Source: a virus. From it: a stretch of 64,000 nucleotides of DNA. This document shows positions 1 through 11,379 of this stretch, piece after piece (the stretch's first letter is position 1; each line of letters starts with the position of its first letter). Where the stretch lies: positions 436-64,435 of the IMG/VR virus record IMGVR_UViG_3300032291_002550. One strand, 5' to 3'. Made by a program: the position numbers and the translations under genes. Under the pieces are notes generated by a model. The model had not been told where the DNA came from and ran no database searches. It worked only from the letters and a program-made list of their open reading frames with translations.

Positions 1-3
1 TAA

Positions 4-1644
<1,641 letters not shown>

Positions 1645-1650
1645 TAAGTT

Positions 1651-1761
1651 ATGTTAAATAGATTTGTTGAGTTATTAGCAGAAATTCAGCAAGAAAAAGA
1701 AAGTCCCGTTTCACTAAATATTAACTCTAGGGTTATGTTAGTGGACGGGACTAATTTTTAA
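1651..1761 (+). pseudogene. Short ORF (36 aa) duplicating the 5' end of the downstream RNase H gene
   Basis: Encodes MLNRFVELLAEIQQEKESPVSLNINSRVMLVDGTNF*. The C-terminal NSRVMLVDGTNF is homologous to LDVNSRPMVIDGTNFFF encoded at 2815-2913 just upstream of the RNase H body. Its start has the aagttATG context. It contains the inverted repeat gtcccgt(1703-1709)/acgggac(1745-1751). Confidence 0.4.
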
Positions 1762-1811
1762 TTCTTTTCTTAGTTAGTTTTCTATGTAGCCATATATTTA
1801 TTTTAAAAGAA

Positions 1812-2816
1812 ATGTATACACAAGAACAAATAAATAAAGTATATGAGTTATTAACTGACACTAATAATTCTATTTGCGGATTAAGTAACTTAAATATAAT
1901 GAGGTATTTGGGTCATGATAGACCTAAAAAATCCGTAATTAAAAAATTATCTAATCAACTATTCTCGACATATAGTAAAGAATATATAATGGCTATTTGT
2001 AGATCTAAGCAAAGTCGTATAGCAAATACATCCAGAAATTCTAAACCTATACGATATTCAGATGCTTCTAAAAAGCGTATGAGTGAGTCAATGAAGAGAC
2101 GAAATAGTGAGATAAAAAACACTCCGGAAGGTGAGCGCATTTTTCAAATTAAACGTGATGCTATGCTTAAGACTCGTTCATATGGACTTCATTTAACTGA
2201 CGAAGCTATGAAAAAGAAATATCAAACACGTAAATCAAAGTCTGATAAATGGCATTCTGACGAAACTATTAAAAAAATGATATTATCTAATACGGGTCAA
2301 ACACGGAATGAAGTATCTAAGAAACGTATGTCAGATGCTAAAAAAGGTACTATACCATGGAATAAAGGTATTCCATGTAAAGATAGTACTAAAGAAAAGT
2401 TGTCTGATGCTATATCCTATCTTCATCAAATTGGTAATTATCCATTTAAAATTAAATCAAAGGGACATGCAGAAATTGAACAAATATTACTAGAACTTAA
2501 TTATGATGTAATATCTGAATTTAAATTAGGAAAATATTCATATGATCTTTATATTAAAGATATCTTACTAATAATAGAATTTCATGGAACATATTGGCAT
2601 TTAGACCCGAAGATATATAAAGAAGATTATTATGATAAATCAAAAAATCGATATGCAAAGGATCAATGGGATAGGGATGATATTAGAAAATGTCATGCTA
2701 CATCTGCTGGGTATAAATATTCAGTTATATGGCAATCAGAATGGGAAAGTATGACTACCCAAAATAAAATAAATAAACTTAAATCAATAATAGAAAATGG
2801 ATATAGAATACCTTAA
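1812..2816 (+). CDS. Homing endonuclease (HEG1): NUMOD3-like DNA-binding repeats plus a C-terminal PD-(D/E)xK (DUF559/Vsr-like) nuclease domain
   Basis: Tandem H-S-(D/E)-E-T-K-x-K-(I/M)-S-like repeats: KWHSDETIKKMILSNTG, SKKRMSESMKRRNS, SKKRMSDAKKGT. C-terminal YSYDLYIKDILLIIEFHGTYWHLDP...K matches the D-x(n)-E-x-H/K nuclease core. Inserted in the 5' region of rnh. Confidence 0.7.
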   Translation: MYTQEQINKVYELLTDTNNSICGLSNLNIMRYLGHDRPKKSVIKKLSNQLFSTYSKEYIMAICRSKQSRIANTSRNSKPIRYSDASKKRMSESMKRRNSEIKNTPEGERIFQIKRDAMLKTRSYGLHLTDEAMKKKYQTRKSKSDKWHSDETIKKMILSNTGQTRNEVSKKRMSDAKKGTIPWNKGIPCKDSTKEKLSDAISYLHQIGNYPFKIKSKGHAEIEQILLELNYDVISEFKLGKYSYDLYIKDILLIIEFHGTYWHLDPKIYKEDYYDKSKNRYAKDQWDRDDIRKCHATSAGYKYSVIWQSEWESMTTQNKINKLKSIIENGYRIP

Positions 2817-2893
2817 TAAATTATTCAAAGAAACCTTTGAATCTAACAATCAATCATTAACATTAGATGTTAATTCACGCCCCATGGTAATAG

Positions 2894-3856
2894 ATGGGAC
2901 GAATTTTTTTTTTAAGATGTTTTATGGCTAACCCCGTAATGAATGAAAACGGGGAGCATTTAGGCGGGTCTTTAGGATTCTTAAAGTCACTAGCTTCTTA
3001 TGTTAAAACATTCAAACCTACAAGAATTATTATTACGTTTGATGGTAAAGGAGGCTCTAAAAAAAGAAAAGAGTTATATCCTGAATATAAAGGTAATCGT
3101 TTAGCTCCTAAATCTTTTAACAGAGCTGAGATATTTGAAAATGCAGAAGATGAAAGTGCTTCAATGAAGCATCAGTTTGTAAGATTAATACAATACCTAC
3201 GTTGCTTACCGGTGTCGGTAATTACTGCAGATCATGTAGAAGCAGATGATATGGTAGCATATTTAACTACAGATATTCTTAATACAAAAAGTAATAATGT
3301 AATGATAGTTTCAGACGATAAAGATTATCTGCAACTTGTAAATGAGAAAGTTAATGTATATAGACCAGTAGAAAAGCGTTTATATAAATTAGAGGATGTT
3401 AAAGTAAGATTTGGGGTACCTGCAGAGAATTATCACCTCTATAAAGTATTTATTGGAGATGATGGCGATAATATACCCGGAGTGCCTGGAATCGGCCCTA
3501 AGACCGTAGGAAAATTGCCTATTTTACAAGAAAATAGAGTAGTTGGTTTAGAAGAATTTTTATCTTTTTGCGAAGATAAACAAGATGATAAATTATACAA
3601 AAAAATCATTAACAATAAAGACATTATAACACGTAATTATAAATTAATGCAACTACATAATGTAGATATATCAGGTACACATAAACTATTCTTAATTGAT
3701 AAGTTTAACGAACCTATATCGTTAATTAATAAAAATGAGTTTATACAAATATTAACTACTGATAAAGGATATAACTATATTAACGATCCTATTACATTTT
3801 TAAATATGTTTAATCAGTTAAATATATTTGCACTAGGAAATAATAATAATTCTTGA
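2894..3856 (+). CDS. rnh: RNase H / 5'-3' exonuclease (FEN family, T4 rnh-like). The true start is probably the ATG at 2884, which requires a frame change in a T10 tract
   Basis: IIITFDGKGGSKKRKELYPEYKGNR, the H3TH motif GDDGDNIPGVPGIGPKT, and acidic active-site residues. The ORF as called begins MGRIFFLRCF and lacks the conserved DG Asp. The upstream out-of-frame ATG at 2884 encodes MVIDGTNFFF*, which supplies it. Confidence 0.85.
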   Translation: MGRIFFLRCFMANPVMNENGEHLGGSLGFLKSLASYVKTFKPTRIIITFDGKGGSKKRKELYPEYKGNRLAPKSFNRAEIFENAEDESASMKHQFVRLIQYLRCLPVSVITADHVEADDMVAYLTTDILNTKSNNVMIVSDDKDYLQLVNEKVNVYRPVEKRLYKLEDVKVRFGVPAENYHLYKVFIGDDGDNIPGVPGIGPKTVGKLPILQENRVVGLEEFLSFCEDKQDDKLYKKIINNKDIITRNYKLMQLHNVDISGTHKLFLIDKFNEPISLINKNEFIQILTTDKGYNYINDPITFLNMFNQLNIFALGNNNNS

Positions 3857-3887
3857 TCTTTAGAAAAGTATATTATATATTAGGAAT

Positions 3888-5249
3888 ATGAGTCAAGATA
3901 GATTTACGCAGTACGGAAAAACCTTTCAATTAAAAATAATTGCAGCCCTTATAAAAGATAAAACATTTCTTCAACAAATATTCGATATTCTAATACCTGA
4001 ATATTTTGATTCTGAAGCTAATATTTGGATTGTAGATATTATCATGAAATACTTTCCAGAATATAAAACAGTACCTACATTAGAAGTATTTAAAGTAAAG
4101 GCGCTAGAACTTACATCTGAACCTTTAAAAATGTCTATCGTAGAATCTTTAAAAGATATATTAAGATATGTTGAAGCAGAAGATTTAGATTTTGTCAAAA
4201 CAGAATGTGTTAACTTTTGTAAAAATCAATGTATTAAAAAAGCTATTATCGAATCTGTTGAGTTATTACAATCAGGAGAATATGATAATATCAAAAAGAA
4301 AATTGATACTGCAATGAAAGCAGGAGCTAATCAAGATATTGGATTAGATTATTTAAAGGATGTTAAGCTTCGTTATGAAGAATCTGCTAGAATAACTTTA
4401 CCTACACCTTGGACTGCATTTAATGAATTGGTTGATGGCGGTATTGGTAAAGGAGAGCTTATTATATTTGTGGCAGGACCTGGTGCTGGTAAATCTACTT
4501 CGATGATTAATGTAGGAGCTCATTTATTAAGACAAGGAAAAACAGTAGTCCATTATACAATGGAATTATCAGAGCCCTATGTAGCTCAAAGATATGATTC
4601 AGTAGTTACTGGAATAGCAACAGCAAACTTAAAATATAACTTAGAAGAAGTTGAGCATGAATTATCAAAACTAAAAGGACAATTATATTTAAAGTTCTTT
4701 CCGACAAAAACAGCATCTGTAACGACATTAAAAGCTCATTTAGATAAAATGATAATGCAAGGAGTAAAACCTGATATTGTTATTGTAGATTATGCAGATT
4801 TATTACGTTCAGCAAAAGCAAAAGAAAAACTTCATGAAGAATTAGAAACTACATATGAAGATTTAAGAGGATTAGCCGGAGAATATCAAATACCAGTTGT
4901 TACGGCATCTCAAGCAAATAGATCTTCTGTAGAATCTGATATTATTACATCAGATCAAGTAGCTTCTTCATTTAGTAAGATTATGATTGGAGATGTTATT
5001 ATTTCATTAGCAAGAAAAACAACAGATAAGATTGCAGGTACAGGAAGAGTGCATTTTATTAAGAATCGTTTCGGGCCAGATGGATTAACATTACCAACTA
5101 AACTTAATATGTCAAATGGTAGAATTGATATGTATCAAGAATCATCTGTTAAAGGAAGAGAAACAAAAACAGAGATGGATGAAGATTCAGTAACACGAAA
5201 ATCTTTAGCTACAAAATATTCAGAACTTCTAGGAAATTCTCTAGGATAA
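3888..5249 (+). CDS. Replicative DNA helicase (DnaB / T4 gp41 family)
   Basis: Walker A IIFVAGPGAGKSTSM, RecA-like core, 453 aa, and a position next to the replication genes. Confidence 0.75.
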   Translation: MSQDRFTQYGKTFQLKIIAALIKDKTFLQQIFDILIPEYFDSEANIWIVDIIMKYFPEYKTVPTLEVFKVKALELTSEPLKMSIVESLKDILRYVEAEDLDFVKTECVNFCKNQCIKKAIIESVELLQSGEYDNIKKKIDTAMKAGANQDIGLDYLKDVKLRYEESARITLPTPWTAFNELVDGGIGKGELIIFVAGPGAGKSTSMINVGAHLLRQGKTVVHYTMELSEPYVAQRYDSVVTGIATANLKYNLEEVEHELSKLKGQLYLKFFPTKTASVTTLKAHLDKMIMQGVKPDIVIVDYADLLRSAKAKEKLHEELETTYEDLRGLAGEYQIPVVTASQANRSSVESDIITSDQVASSFSKIMIGDVIISLARKTTDKIAGTGRVHFIKNRFGPDGLTLPTKLNMSNGRIDMYQESSVKGRETKTEMDEDSVTRKSLATKYSELLGNSLG

Positions 5250-5305
5250 TTATATTAAACAGATGATAAAATTAGCAAATATATTAAATGAAATTATTGA
5301 TATAT

Positions 5306-5455
5306 ATGGAAGATGAAACTATAATATATAAAATAGAAATCTTACAACTTATAGAAAGATTTTATAACATCAAAATACATGATGATGAAGTTGAAAATAT
5401 AATTACATTTAAAGATTTAATCAGTATGGTAAAACAAAAAATAGAAATTTATTAG
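5306..5455 (+). CDS. Small hypothetical protein (49 aa) in the helicase-nrdB intergenic region, not in the ORF track
   Basis: Uninterrupted ORF MEDETIIYKIEILQLIERFYNIKIHDDEVENIITFKDLISMVKQKIEIY in an otherwise 300-bp noncoding gap. Confidence 0.3.
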   Translation: MEDETIIYKIEILQLIERFYNIKIHDDEVENIITFKDLISMVKQKIEIY

Positions 5456-5556
5456 CACGAACTTCTAGGATAAACCTTATGTAATTGATAATTATTAATA
5501 CCTAAATAAAATACGTTATAACTAATATCAATTTACATTATTACAAATTACACAAC

Positions 5557-6537
5557 ATGAACAACAACATTTTTAAACCTAGAGTCAATATTCTGCCATA
5601 TGAATATCCATCATTATTAGCATATAAAGATGCTATAAGACATTCATATTGGATTGATACCGAATTCAATTTTACAACCGACATTAATGATTTTAAAACT
5701 AAAGTAACTGACCAAGAAAGGGAAGTTATTAAAAGAGCAATGTTAGCAATTGCTCAAATAGAAGTTAATGTTAAAACATTTTGGGCAGATATGTATAAAA
5801 GAATGCCTATTACAGAAGTAGGAGATGTAGGAATGACATTTGCCGAATCTGAAGTTCGTCATAAAGATGCATATGCTCGTCTTATAAGAATTTTAGGACT
5901 AGAAGATGAATTTCAACATGTTATCGAAATACCAGCTATCAAAGACCGAATTGCATATTTATCTAAATATTTAGATGGTACGAGGAGTAAAGACGATAAA
6001 ATGTATACTAAATCAATACTTTTATTTTCTTTATTTATTGAACATGTAAGTTTATTTAGTCAATTTCTAATTATGATGTCATTTAATAAGGAAAAGAACT
6101 TATTTAAAGGAATTTCTAATGTTGTTGAAGCAACTTCTAAAGAAGAAGAAATTCATGGTAATTTTGGTTCAGAAATTATTAATATTATCAAAAAAGAAAA
6201 TCCGGAATGGTTTGATGAAGAATTTGATCGTCTTATTTATTCTGCTTGCAAAAAAGCATATACAGCAGAAGTTAAGATATTGGATTGGATTTTCGAACAT
6301 GGAGAATTAGAGTTCTTATCTAAAAAGACTATCGAACAATTTATACAGAATCGATTTAATAATTCACTTCAAAGAATAGGAATGCAGCCAGTATTTCAAG
6401 TAGATTTTTCAGAAGTAGAAAAAACTCTATGGTTTGATATTGAAATTACATCTACTAAAGAAGGAGATTTCTTTTATAAAAAGCAAATAGATTACAACAA
6501 AAAAGGTAAAAGCATCACTGAAGATGATTTATTTTAA
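5557..6537 (+). CDS. nrdB: Ribonucleotide reductase small subunit (class Ia NrdB)
   Basis: Two di-iron E-x-x-H motifs (ESEVRHKDAY and EEEIHGNF) and the conserved ferritin-like core. Confidence 0.9.
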   Translation: MNNNIFKPRVNILPYEYPSLLAYKDAIRHSYWIDTEFNFTTDINDFKTKVTDQEREVIKRAMLAIAQIEVNVKTFWADMYKRMPITEVGDVGMTFAESEVRHKDAYARLIRILGLEDEFQHVIEIPAIKDRIAYLSKYLDGTRSKDDKMYTKSILLFSLFIEHVSLFSQFLIMMSFNKEKNLFKGISNVVEATSKEEEIHGNFGSEIINIIKKENPEWFDEEFDRLIYSACKKAYTAEVKILDWIFEHGELEFLSKKTIEQFIQNRFNNSLQRIGMQPVFQVDFSEVEKTLWFDIEITSTKEGDFFYKKQIDYNKKGKSITEDDLF

Positions 6538-6547
6538 ATAAACAAAT

Positions 6548-8173
6548 ATGATACAAGAAAAATATTATTGGTTAAACGAAAATAGCAGAACATTCTTATC
6601 TAGAGGCTATATATCTGAAACACCAGAACAAAGAATTAAAGATATTGCAAATACAGCAGAAAAATATCTTAAGATAGAAGGATTTGCAAAGAAATTTGAA
6701 GAGTATATGGCTAGAGGCTATTATAGTTTATCTACACCAGTTTGGATTAACTTTGGGAAAGATAAAGGATTACCTATTAGCTGTTATGGTTCTAATGTAG
6801 ATGATACTTTAGACAGTATTTTAAATGCTGCTAGAGAAATTGGTATGATGAGTAAATATGGCGGAGGTACATCTGCATATTTAGGAAATATTAGAGCTAG
6901 AGGTACAAGAATATCAACAGGAGGAACAGCAGATGGCCCGACACATTATGCACGTTTATATGATACAACAGTAGATGTATCTAAACAATCAGAAGCTAGA
7001 CGTGGAGCTTGTGCTGTATGGTTACCTGTAGAACATGGAGATATTTTAGAATTTTTAGATATCGGAACTGAAGGTAACTTAATTCAAAATCTTCAATATG
7101 GGGTTACAGTTACAGATGCATGGTTAAATGAAATGAAATCTGGAGATGCTGAAAAACGTAAGATTTGGGCAAAGATCATACAAAGAAGAAATGAATTTGG
7201 CTTTCCATATATTATGTTTAAAGACAATTCAAATAACAATACACCATATAAAGAATTAGGATTAGATATTACAGCATCTAATTTATGCTCTGAAATTCAA
7301 TTACCGACAGATTCATTTAACTCATTTGTTTGTTGTTTAGGTTCATTAAATTTATTACATTGGGATGAAATTAAAGAATGTGATGCTATTGAAGTATATA
7401 CAATGTTCTTAAATGCGGTTATGGATGAATTTATATTTAAGTCATATAATATGCCGGGAATGAAACGAGCTCATAGATTTGCTGAACAACATAGAGCAAT
7501 TGGATTAGGTGTATTAGGATATCATTCTTTATTTCAGTCTAAACTAATTCCATTTGAATCTCTTCAAGCCAAACAATTAAATTATGAAATCTTTAAAATT
7601 CTTAAAGAAAGAAGTGATTCTGCATCAAAATATTTACATGATGAAAAAGGATATCGTTCATTAAGAGCTGGGTTTGCAAATACTACATTAGTTGCTATTG
7701 CTCCTACTAAATCAAGTTCATTTATTTTAGGACAAGTATCAATGGGTATTGAGCCGATTAAATCAAATTACTTTATAAAGGATTTAGCAAAATCAAAAAC
7801 AATTTATAAGAATCCTTATTTAGAACTAGAATTAGAAAAGTATGGATTAAATACACCAGCAGTATGGGAAGGAATTTTAAAGAAAGATGGTTCAGTGCAA
7901 CACTTAGATTTTCCTACTAAAGAAGTATTTAAATCATTTATTGAAATATCTCCTAAGGAAATTATTTTACAAGCAGCGCAGAGACAACAATTTATAGATC
8001 AATCTCAATCATTAAATTTAATGATTCATCCTTCAGTACCAGCAAAAGATATTAACCAATTATATTTATATGCTCATGAAGAAGGTATAAAGACATTGTA
8101 TTATCAATTTAGTCAATCATCAGCACAATCATTTTCTAGAAATATTCTAGAATGTGTAAGTTGCGAATCTTAA
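6548..8173 (+). CDS. nrdA: Ribonucleotide reductase large subunit (NrdA), compact form without an ATP-cone
   Basis: Active-site ASNLCSEI, the catalytic cysteines, and the C-terminal CVSCES redox pair. Only 541 aa. Confidence 0.85.
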   Translation: MIQEKYYWLNENSRTFLSRGYISETPEQRIKDIANTAEKYLKIEGFAKKFEEYMARGYYSLSTPVWINFGKDKGLPISCYGSNVDDTLDSILNAAREIGMMSKYGGGTSAYLGNIRARGTRISTGGTADGPTHYARLYDTTVDVSKQSEARRGACAVWLPVEHGDILEFLDIGTEGNLIQNLQYGVTVTDAWLNEMKSGDAEKRKIWAKIIQRRNEFGFPYIMFKDNSNNNTPYKELGLDITASNLCSEIQLPTDSFNSFVCCLGSLNLLHWDEIKECDAIEVYTMFLNAVMDEFIFKSYNMPGMKRAHRFAEQHRAIGLGVLGYHSLFQSKLIPFESLQAKQLNYEIFKILKERSDSASKYLHDEKGYRSLRAGFANTTLVAIAPTKSSSFILGQVSMGIEPIKSNYFIKDLAKSKTIYKNPYLELELEKYGLNTPAVWEGILKKDGSVQHLDFPTKEVFKSFIEISPKEIILQAAQRQQFIDQSQSLNLMIHPSVPAKDINQLYLYAHEEGIKTLYYQFSQSSAQSFSRNILECVSCES

Positions 8174-8189
8174 TATTTAAAAAAAAGTT

Positions 8190-8417
8190 ATGGAATTATT
8201 TGGGTGGATATGCACTATAACAGTGCTAATTGGATTTATATTAAATAGTATCCAAAAACTAAAATATGCTATATACGTATGGATAATCGGCGATATCGGA
8301 TGGATATTATATGATATATCCATACGTAATTATAGCCACTTAGCATTAAGTGGAATTATCATATTAATAAACTTATACGGGTTATATAAAATAAATAAAA
8401 ATGAAAGTAGGAATTAA
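8190..8417 (+). CDS. Small membrane protein (2-3 TM)
   Basis: Hydrophobic 75-aa ORF with the aagttATG start context. Confidence 0.4.
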   Translation: MELFGWICTITVLIGFILNSIQKLKYAIYVWIIGDIGWILYDISIRNYSHLALSGIIILINLYGLYKINKNESRN

Positions 8418-8826
8418 AAAGTTACATCCGGATGCAGTAATACCAAAGTATTCAAAACCGGGAGATGCAGGATTAGATTTAACTGCAGTAGAAGTTATTA
8501 ACAACGAAGGATTTCAAATTACCTATAGAACAGGTCTAGCAATGGAAATTCCAATAGGATATGTTGGGCTATTATTTCCAAGAAGTTCTATTCGTAATTA
8601 TCAAATCTCATTATCAAATTGTGTTGGAGTAATTGATAGCGGTTACAGAGGAGAAATACAATTTACGTTTAATAAGAATGGTGGAATACCTTCTAAGCGT
8701 TATGAAGTAAGAGATCGTGTTGGACAAATCATCATATTACCGTACCCAGAAATTGAATTTGTAGAGTTAGATAATTTATCTGAATCAGAAAGAGGCGAAG
8801 GTGGATTTGGAAGTACCGGGAAATAA
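8401..8826 (+). CDS. dut: dUTP diphosphatase (dUTPase)
   Basis: KPGDAGLDL, RSSIRNY and GVIDSGYRGEI motifs. Confidence 0.9.
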   Translation: MKVGIKKLHPDAVIPKYSKPGDAGLDLTAVEVINNEGFQITYRTGLAMEIPIGYVGLLFPRSSIRNYQISLSNCVGVIDSGYRGEIQFTFNKNGGIPSKRYEVRDRVGQIIILPYPEIEFVELDNLSESERGEGGFGSTGK

Positions 8827-8861
8827 TTTAATCTCTGATATTTATATTATATAATATAAGT

Positions 8862-9923
8862 ATGATAGATAAAATATTAGAACGTATACAACTTACTAAA
8901 GAAGATGTCCATGGCATGATTAATGATGCTCTTAAATCTAAAAAAGAAGATACATCATTAATCATTCCAAAATCTTTACAACAAAAGATTATTAAGGCCG
9001 GCAAGGAACTTGATTTTAAAACATTTATAAATAATTTACCTGGAGGCGCGTCGTCAATTGCGATGTCTAACTTTTTAGCTTCTTTAAAACCTAACGAACA
9101 AGATGAATTCGTAAACTTACTATATTCTAAAAAATCTGTTGCAGATATTAATGCTGGAGATTATTCTTCAGGATTCGGTTCTAGATTATATGAGTTAGAG
9201 CCGAAAGGTATTGGAAAAGCAGAATTATTTTTAGCTACATTATTAAGAAATTCTAAAGTTTCTGGCGGTGGAGAATCATTTGATTTATCTATAGGAAATA
9301 AAAAATACGAGATTAAAGATTACAGAAGTGCTGGGTCTGCTCCAATTCGTTTAGGTACTAAAGGTAAAGTTACGAGATTTGAATTTTGGAAAGAGATTAT
9401 TAAAACATTAGACGTCGTTAACAATTTAGTAGCTACTGGCGAAATTAAATATATTCAAAATGAAAGCTTAAAAAAATTAATAACGGATGTTTATTCTCGT
9501 ATTGATATGATATCAAAAGGAGAATTAAATAAAGACGATATTAAAAAATTAAAACAACTTTATGTTGAATTTAATGCATTATCTCAATCAAATGCAACAG
9601 GATATACATATGTTACATTTAGAGGGCCAAATATAGAACCTACATCATATGTAGTTGATGAAGTACCTGCAAATTTAAAGAAAAATGTAACCTTAAATTT
9701 AAAACAAAAAGGGGCTTCAGAAAGTTTAATTATTGAATTACGAAGATTAAAATACGTAAGAAACCCTAAAGAGTTTGAAATGGATATGCAAGAAGCTGTA
9801 AATTCAATTGTAGGAAATGAAATTCCATTTATAGTATTTAGACCAGATGGGCCAAAAATTACTACAGAATTTGAATTCTCTAAAATCTCTCAAGGAGGTA
9901 TTTATATTAAAGAAAAGGTATAA
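8862..9923 (+). CDS. Hypothetical protein; possible PD-(D/E)xK-like core (ESFDL...YEIKDY)
   Basis: 353 aa with no strong motif. The D...EIK pattern is only suggestive. Confidence 0.45.
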   Translation: MIDKILERIQLTKEDVHGMINDALKSKKEDTSLIIPKSLQQKIIKAGKELDFKTFINNLPGGASSIAMSNFLASLKPNEQDEFVNLLYSKKSVADINAGDYSSGFGSRLYELEPKGIGKAELFLATLLRNSKVSGGGESFDLSIGNKKYEIKDYRSAGSAPIRLGTKGKVTRFEFWKEIIKTLDVVNNLVATGEIKYIQNESLKKLITDVYSRIDMISKGELNKDDIKKLKQLYVEFNALSQSNATGYTYVTFRGPNIEPTSYVVDEVPANLKKNVTLNLKQKGASESLIIELRRLKYVRNPKEFEMDMQEAVNSIVGNEIPFIVFRPDGPKITTEFEFSKISQGGIYIKEKV

Positions 9924-9943
9924 ATAATGTACAACTTTAAAGT

Positions 9944-9975
9944 GCTCGAATATAAAAATTTCGAGCTCTTTTACT
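9944..9975 (+). terminator. Rho-independent terminator
   Basis: Hairpin gctcgaa-(9 nt loop)-ttcgagc followed by tcttttact. Confidence 0.6.
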
Positions 9976-9991
9976 CTTATTTTAAAAAATA

Positions 9992-10034
9992 TTAGGAAAT
10001 TTGAAATGTATTACTTATATTTAAGTATATAAAG
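9992..10034 (+). promoter_or_regulatory. Conserved intergenic element, copy 1 (dyad plus mini-ORF), upstream of the QueD-like gene
   Basis: ttaggaaatttgaaatgtattacttatatttaagtatataaag. Matches the consensus found at six other loci. Confidence 0.6.
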
Positions 10035-10038
10035 AATT

Positions 10039-10563
10039 ATGAGAAAATATCAATCAACAAAGCGCTTTGATAATTATAGTGTCGCGATTAGACAATGGAA
10101 AGCAAAACATTCTCATTGCCAACTCTTACATGGATATGCTTTAGAATTTAAAGTATGGTTTGAATCTGTAGATGGTGTAGATGAAGAACAATTAGATGAA
10201 ATGAATTGGATTGTAGATTATGGTATCTTTAGTCGTAACGGATTAAAAGATTGGATGAATGATATGTTTGATCATACCATGTTAATCGAGAAAGATGACC
10301 CCTATTATGATGTATTTGAACAAATGGGTCAAATGGGAATAGCTAAACCAATATTCATGGATAGAATCGGTGCAGAAAGTGCTGCTAAATTAGTATTTGA
10401 TAAGTTTAATGATGTATTTTCTAAAACAGAAGGTGGTAGAGTCAAAGTCGTTAAAGTAGAATGTTTTGAAAATAATAAGAATAGTTCAGTATATTATGAA
10501 GATAATATTCAATCAAATCAAATAAAAACAATAAAAAATCATAGCCCTGAACATGGGTGTTAA
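10039..10563 (+). CDS. queD: QueD-like 6-carboxy-tetrahydropterin synthase (PTPS fold) with non-canonical Zn-ligand positions
   Basis: HSHCQLLHGYALEF aligns to E. coli QueD HKCGRLHGHSF. The motif reads C-x3-H-G-Y, not C-x3-H-G-H, and the first His (AHRL) is replaced (AIRQ). Confidence 0.65.
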   Translation: MRKYQSTKRFDNYSVAIRQWKAKHSHCQLLHGYALEFKVWFESVDGVDEEQLDEMNWIVDYGIFSRNGLKDWMNDMFDHTMLIEKDDPYYDVFEQMGQMGIAKPIFMDRIGAESAAKLVFDKFNDVFSKTEGGRVKVVKVECFENNKNSSVYYEDNIQSNQIKTIKNHSPEHGC

Positions 10564-10825
10564 TAAACAAGTTATGGCAAATTACAGTAAACAATGGGTT
10601 GAAAATAATGACCCCAACGGTATCGAATGGGATTTTGATATCTTAGAAAAAGCAGATCTTTTACAAGCAGATACATACGTTCCAGAAATATGTGAAGGTT
10701 ATGGGTTTATTGCAATTGGTAGAAGTATTGATAATGAAATAATGTTGGCAGTGCCGGTACCTCCATTGCCAGATGATACCGAAGAAATGATACAATGGGT
10801 ACCATATAATGAAATAATAAAATGA
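10553..10825 (+). CDS. Hypothetical protein
   Basis: 90-aa ORF overlapping its neighbours by ATGA. Confidence 0.4.
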   Translation: MGVNKQVMANYSKQWVENNDPNGIEWDFDILEKADLLQADTYVPEICEGYGFIAIGRSIDNEIMLAVPVPPLPDDTEEMIQWVPYNEIIK

Positions 10826-11379
10826 AATTAAAACAGCTCTACAATAAGTTACTTTTAGAAAGATATGTTAATCTTACAGACGACTCTGACAGAAGAAAAT
10901 ATGGTCAGTTAGTTTGGAATATGCTCCAAGATTCATATAAAGATATCGGAGGATATAAAGGCGCGTCATCTATAGATGATTTAATCGCATCTTCGAGCTT
11001 ATGGAAATTAGTACGTCGTAATGGTAAAATTGTAGCGTTTTCTTTGTATAAAGATCTTAAAGGAAGAAAAGGAATTGGTGTTGCAACTGACGGGACTGAA
11101 GAGGGCAAAAAAGCACTTTATGATTTATGGGCAGAAGACCTAAAATTAAATAGATCATGGACAGAAGTATCTGGAAAGACCAAACATATTAAACTTAAAC
11201 ATGGATTTAAGCCGATTCCTAATAAGTATGCAGCAGAAATTTTAAATAAAGAAATTTTAAGTCTTAATCCTGATGGTATACATTATACAAGATTAATAGG
11301 TGGGGTTCCATATGAAAAAGCAATTGTAGGGCAAATACCTGGATATGAAAATGTCAAGGACTTTAAATACACAAAATAA
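10822..11379 (+). CDS. Hypothetical protein
   Basis: 185-aa ORF. Confidence 0.45.
   Translation: MKLKQLYNKLLLERYVNLTDDSDRRKYGQLVWNMLQDSYKDIGGYKGASSIDDLIASSSLWKLVRRNGKIVAFSLYKDLKGRKGIGVATDGTEEGKKALYDLWAEDLKLNRSWTEVSGKTKHIKLKHGFKPIPNKYAAEILNKEILSLNPDGIHYTRLIGGVPYEKAIVGQIPGYENVKDFKYTK

Noticed and set aside
1955-2140. Minus-strand and nested short ORFs from the six-frame track (1955-2140, 2308-2493, 3439-3624, 3971-4198, 6119-6310, 10905-11108, 11283-11468, 12760-12969, 13011-13217, 15478-15852, 16114-16308, 16532-16795, 19273-19497, 23951-24148, 26710-27114, 30240-30488, 31928-32110, 35736-35960, 36034-36243, 38198-38449, 42534-42767, 44476-44673, 48827-49102, 49160-49411, 52037-52276, 62685-62936)
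   Set aside because: Each lies entirely inside a longer + strand ORF that has clear homology or coherent codon structure. In an AT-rich genome, antisense frames are often open by chance, and none shows a motif.
1812-2916. Group I intron carrying HEG1 inside rnh
   Set aside because: It remains possible. I could not identify the P/Q/R/S core elements by eye, and the flanks are direct duplications and not an exon split. It is kept as an alternative under the rnh finding, not called as a feature.
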